Positions 60,352-64,000 of a DNA stretch of 64,000 nucleotides are shown here, one piece after another. Each line of letters opens with the position of its first letter. Positions within the stretch are counted from its first letter, which is position 1. This DNA comes from an uncultured Fluviicola sp. (lineage in GTDB: Bacteria; Bacteroidota; Bacteroidia; Flavobacteriales_D; Crocinitomicaceae): positions 858 to 64,857 of the forward strand of contig CAYLJB010000003.1 of the NCBI GenBank assembly GCA_964383785.1, written 5' to 3'. The notes beneath the pieces are model-generated. The model did no database searches, had not been told where the DNA came from, and saw only the letters and a list, made by a program, of their open reading frames with translations. The position numbers and the translations under genes are program-made.

Positions 60352-61467
60352 ATGGATAAAAGAGATTTTTACGAAGTATTGGGCATTGCGAAGAATGCTT
60401 CAGAAGCCGAGATCAAAAAGGCTTATCGCAAGATGGCTTTGAAATATCACCCGGACAAGAATCCCGGAGATAAAGAGGCAGAGGAGAAATTCAAGGAAGC
60501 AGCTGAAGCGTACGAGGTTTTATCTGACCCGAATAAAAAAGCACGCTATGATCAATACGGTCATGCCGGCTTAGGCGGCGGAGGTGGATTCGGCGGAGGC
60601 GGGATGAACATGGATGACATCTTCTCGCAATTCGGCGATATTTTCGGTGGTGCATTTGGCGGTGGAAGTTTTGGTGGAGCGCGTGGTGGCGGTCAGCGTG
60701 TTGTGCGCGGTACGAACTTGCGTGTGAAAATGAAATTGACGCTGGAGGAAATTGCTGAAGGTGTAACCAAAAAGATCAAAGTGAACAAATTGGTGAACGC
60801 AGAAGGCGTTACCTACAAGAATTGTTCAACCTGTAATGGAACCGGACGTATCACGCGTATTGCACAAACTTTCTTAGGTGCAATGCAAACTCAAACTACG
60901 TGTAATGCCTGTCATGGTGCCGGAAAAATGATCGATTCGAAACCGGCTGACGCGGATAGTCAAGGATTGAAACGTCAGGAGGAAGTGATCGAGATCGATA
61001 TTCCTGCAGGAGTAGAAGAAGGAATGCAGTTGAGCGTTACCGGAAAAGGAAATGCAGGTCCATTCAATGGCGTACCGGGTGATCTGATCGTTGTGATCGA
61101 AGAACAGGAGCACGAAGAATTGCGTCGTGAAGGAGAACATTTGCATTACGAAGCATTCGTGAATTTTGTGGATGCAGTTTTAGGTGAATCCATTGAAATT
61201 CCAACAATCAACGGTCGTGCGAAAATCAAGATCGAACCGGGAACACAAAGTGGTAAAATGCTCCGTTTAAAAGGCAAAGGATTACCGGTGTTGCAAGGGT
61301 ACGGTCATGGAGATCTTTTCGTGCACATCAACGTTTGGACTCCGAAAAAGGTCAGCAAAGAAGAACGCGAGATCTTAGAGAAATTGAAAGAGAGTGAAAA
61401 CTTTAAACCGAATCCGGGCAAACACGAAAGAGGATTCTTTCAACGGATGAAGGATATGTTTCAATAA
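60352..61467 (+). CDS. dnaJ: Chaperone DnaJ
   Basis: J domain with HPD, G/F-rich region, two CxxCxGxG motifs, C-terminal domain. Confidence 0.96.
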   Translation: MDKRDFYEVLGIAKNASEAEIKKAYRKMALKYHPDKNPGDKEAEEKFKEAAEAYEVLSDPNKKARYDQYGHAGLGGGGGFGGGGMNMDDIFSQFGDIFGGAFGGGSFGGARGGGQRVVRGTNLRVKMKLTLEEIAEGVTKKIKVNKLVNAEGVTYKNCSTCNGTGRITRIAQTFLGAMQTQTTCNACHGAGKMIDSKPADADSQGLKRQEEVIEIDIPAGVEEGMQLSVTGKGNAGPFNGVPGDLIVVIEEQEHEELRREGEHLHYEAFVNFVDAVLGESIEIPTINGRAKIKIEPGTQSGKMLRLKGKGLPVLQGYGHGDLFVHINVWTPKKVSKEEREILEKLKESENFKPNPGKHERGFFQRMKDMFQ

Positions 61468-61473
61468 TAAATG

Positions 61474-61499
61474 ATCCCCTGCTTCGGTAGGGGATTTTT
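61474..61499 (+). terminator. Intrinsic terminator
   Basis: ATCCCCTGC-TTCG-GTAGGGGATTTTT. Confidence 0.8.
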
Positions 61500-61803
61500 A
61501 ATTCCAATAGGTTCCGTCAAGGCCTAAAATAAAACCGATCCAAAGAAGTGGAAAGCTGAATACGATCGCAAGGATCGTGTATAACCACAACCAATTTCCG
61601 AATCTACGCATTTTAGTACGTATCCAATAGCAGAAAAAGCCTGCAAATGCTCCGGCTATGGGTGTTATTACCAGTGGTTTGATACGCCAATAACTTGACC
61701 ATTCCGGATTGGGTTCTCCAGCCGTGAAAAGAAAAAGGGTAACTAAGCTCAATCCAATGAAGAATCCTGTGAGCGTGAACAAACGCATTTCCTTGGTAAA
61801 CAT
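61498..61803 (-). CDS. Small membrane protein (conserved Bacteroidota hypothetical)
   Basis: PNPEW..YW.IKPLVITP.AGA.AG...LW.G..LGLDGTYWN. Confidence 0.7.
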   Translation of the reverse strand: MFTKEMRLFTLTGFFIGLSLVTLFLFTAGEPNPEWSSYWRIKPLVITPIAGAFAGFFCYWIRTKMRRFGNWLWLYTILAIVFSFPLLWIGFILGLDGTYWN

Positions 61804-61879
61804 CTTAAGTGTTTTGCTTTATAACGTAACATTTTCCGTTTCATTGTTCTAAGAATTTCGGTTACTTTCGCAAGTACAC

Positions 61880-62800
61880 ATGGAAACAGAAGATCAACAA
61901 CCGGAAGTAGGCACGTATTTGCGTTCGCATCAGAATCAAACCGCCCGGTCTTTGGTGGCGGCCATTTTTCTCGCTTTTGGTGGATTTATAATTTTGGGGA
62001 ATATGGCAGCCGGATTGATCATCAGCACGCGCGTTCAAAAGCTGGATTCCATGGATAGCATCCGATCTCAGTTTTCAACCAACGAATTCTTCGTGATCAA
62101 TTTGATCCCTTTTGTGATTGGATTTTTGATGTTGGTTTGGTCGGCAAAAGTTTTACTTCGCGAACGCTTTCAGTTTTTGATCAGTATACGACCCCAATTT
62201 TCCATGAAGCGCTTCTTGGTGGGTTTAGGCACCTGGTTAGGGCTTTCCTTAGTGTTGTTTGGAATTGATTACTTCCGTTTTCCGGCAATGTATCAGTGGA
62301 ATGCCAATGGAAACGAAACCTTGATCTTGCTAGGGATCACCTTATTCATTGTTCCGCTGCAAACGGGTTTTGAAGAACTGCTATTTCGAGGAGTCTTATT
62401 CAAATTGCTCGGCAAAAGCAAGTTGCCGGGTATCGCATTGGTTTTGATCAACGCAGTCTTGTTTGCTTCATTGCATTTAGCCAATCCGGAGGTGCAGGAA
62501 TTGGGATGGATCGCTATCGTTTACTACGTGTTTTCAGGAGTGTTCTTAGCGCTCATAACCTTAATGGATGATGGTTTGGAGCTTTCCTGGGGCTTTCATT
62601 TTGCCAATAACGTATTTGGCGTGTTTTTCTTGACAAATGATTGGCAAGCATTTCAAACGGATGCCTTGTTCAAGGATATCTCACAGCCGGATTTCAGCTG
62701 GTCCATGTTGATCAATCTGTTTGTTTGGTATCCGCTGTTCATTCTTTTATTCGCTAAAATTTACAAGTGGAAGCATTGGAAACAACGCTTGCTAGCGTAA
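61880..62800 (+). CDS. CPBP (Abi/CAAX) intramembrane metalloprotease
   Basis: EELLFRG, FASLH, HFANN. Confidence 0.9.
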   Translation: METEDQQPEVGTYLRSHQNQTARSLVAAIFLAFGGFIILGNMAAGLIISTRVQKLDSMDSIRSQFSTNEFFVINLIPFVIGFLMLVWSAKVLLRERFQFLISIRPQFSMKRFLVGLGTWLGLSLVLFGIDYFRFPAMYQWNANGNETLILLGITLFIVPLQTGFEELLFRGVLFKLLGKSKLPGIALVLINAVLFASLHLANPEVQELGWIAIVYYVFSGVFLALITLMDDGLELSWGFHFANNVFGVFFLTNDWQAFQTDALFKDISQPDFSWSMLINLFVWYPLFILLFAKIYKWKHWKQRLLA

Positions 62801-62845
62801 CCAGACCAAAGCAAATTGTTATTTTAGTCCATTCGATAAACGCAC

Positions 62846-63778
62846 ATGCTGGAAATTCAAGAAATTACGAAACGGTATAACCGCAAATTAGCTCTGGATG
62901 AGGTTTCATTGTCCTTGCGACAGGGAGAATTGTTTGGTTTGCTGGGACCTAATGGGGCCGGAAAGACAACTTTGATACGGATCATCAATCAAATTGTAGA
63001 GGCCGATTCAGGAACCATTCGCTTTAAGGGAGATCTGATGCAGCAAAAACATTTGGCATCGATTGGCTATTTGCCGGAAGAGCGCGGTTTATATAAAAAC
63101 ATGACCGTAGAAGCGCATGCCTATTTTCTGGGAGCCTTGCGTGGTCTTTCTAAACGAGATTGCGAAAAGGCCTTGAATTATTGGCTCGACCGCTTCGATA
63201 TTCAGAATTGGCGTAAAAAACGTATCGAGGAACTTTCCAAAGGAATGGCGCAAAAGGTGCAATTCATTTGTACGGTCTTGCATGAACCAGATCTTTTGAT
63301 CTTGGATGAACCTTTTTCCGGCTTTGACCCGGTTAATGTGGAGCTCATCAAACAAGAATTGCTGGAAATGAAAGCGCGTGGTAAAACCATTATGATCTCC
63401 TCGCACAATATGCGAAGTGTAGAGGAAATTTGCGACCGTGTGGCTTTGATCCACCAATCGAAAAAGGTGTTGGAAGGTCGCGTTTCTGTTTTACAGGAAG
63501 AGCGCAAGACTGGAGAATATGCAGTCAAATTCCGTGGAACAATGATCGCTTTTGTAAATGCCTTGTGGACAGGATTTGAGTTGGTAGATAAAGAAATCCT
63601 GGGAGATGATCGCTTCATAGCAAAGGTTAAAATGCGTGGAGAGAACAGTTTCGAGGACTTATTGAAAGTGCTCATGGGACAAGTACGTATCGAAGCTGCT
63701 TGGGAAGTATTGCCTTCTATGCAGGATATTTTTATTCAGGAAGTAGCACCTAAAAAAGAAACGGAAGATGAAAAATAG
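62846..63778 (+). CDS. ABC-2 type transporter ATP-binding protein
   Basis: GPNGAGKTT, LSKGMAQK, ILDEPFSG, SSH. Confidence 0.93.
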   Translation: MLEIQEITKRYNRKLALDEVSLSLRQGELFGLLGPNGAGKTTLIRIINQIVEADSGTIRFKGDLMQQKHLASIGYLPEERGLYKNMTVEAHAYFLGALRGLSKRDCEKALNYWLDRFDIQNWRKKRIEELSKGMAQKVQFICTVLHEPDLLILDEPFSGFDPVNVELIKQELLEMKARGKTIMISSHNMRSVEEICDRVALIHQSKKVLEGRVSVLQEERKTGEYAVKFRGTMIAFVNALWTGFELVDKEILGDDRFIAKVKMRGENSFEDLLKVLMGQVRIEAAWEVLPSMQDIFIQEVAPKKETEDEK

Positions 63779-64000
63779 TTGGATCATAGCCATGCGCGAA
63801 TTGCGCGAACGAATCGGAAGCCGCTCTTTTTTATTGATGGCTTTCCTGGGACCAGTGGTCGTATTGATCCTGACCTACCTCTTGTTTGCCTTAGGTGGAA
63901 ATGAACAACAAAAATGGCATGTCTTGATCGTAGATCCGGCCAATGTTATGGAACAAAAGATCATGGCCAAGGAAGATCCGAATATCACGTATTCCTTTGC
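63768..64000 (+). CDS. ABC transporter permease, N-terminal part; runs off the window
   Basis: Manual translation MKNSWIIAMRELRERIGSRSFLLMAFLGPVV...; overlaps the ATPase stop codon. Confidence 0.82.
   Translation, partial: MKNSWIIAMRELRERIGSRSFLLMAFLGPVVVLILTYLLFALGGNEQQKWHVLIVDPANVMEQKIMAKEDPNITYSF

Noticed and set aside
61880-62800. Abortive-infection defence gene
   Set aside because: The CPBP/Abi name is historical; the motifs indicate an ordinary intramembrane protease next to an ABC-2 transporter.

Overview
A 64-kb chromosomal window from a Bacteroidota bacterium, probably Flavobacteriales (Crocinitomicaceae/Fluviicola-like). This is inferred from T9SS cargo proteins, TAnnTTTG promoters, grpE-dnaJ without dnaK and the protein styles. 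Most of the window is housekeeping: gdhA, rsmF-like, tsaD, tamB, biotin carboxylase, sucC, rluF, map, dusB, recG, dsbD, tilS, pabB, ppa, dnaG, ispB, rlmN, grpE, dnaJ. It also holds envelope and secreted proteins, a Ser(GCT)-Pro(TGG)-Arg(TCT) tRNA cluster and an arsR-DUF6428-arsC-acr3 arsenic operon. I found no transposase, integrase, CRISPR array or known defence system. The unusual signal is in the non-coding DNA. (1) Two tandem 110-bp units directly upstream of tRNA-Arg(TCT) are copies of that tRNA, with the D-loop and the anticodon arm each replaced by a TCCCGA..TCGGGA hairpin and the 3' end replaced by an inverted copy of the 5' end. (2) A small signal-peptide ORF is linked by a perfect 13-bp hairpin to the start region of a porin gene, as in leader/arrest-peptide control. 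(3) Several intergenic regions are built from long hairpins and 7-, 8- and 9-mer periodic repeats. (4) Many genes look leaderless, tsaD and tamB have overlapping face-to-face promoters, and grpE has a sigma54-like promoter. All calls were made by eye without database searches.
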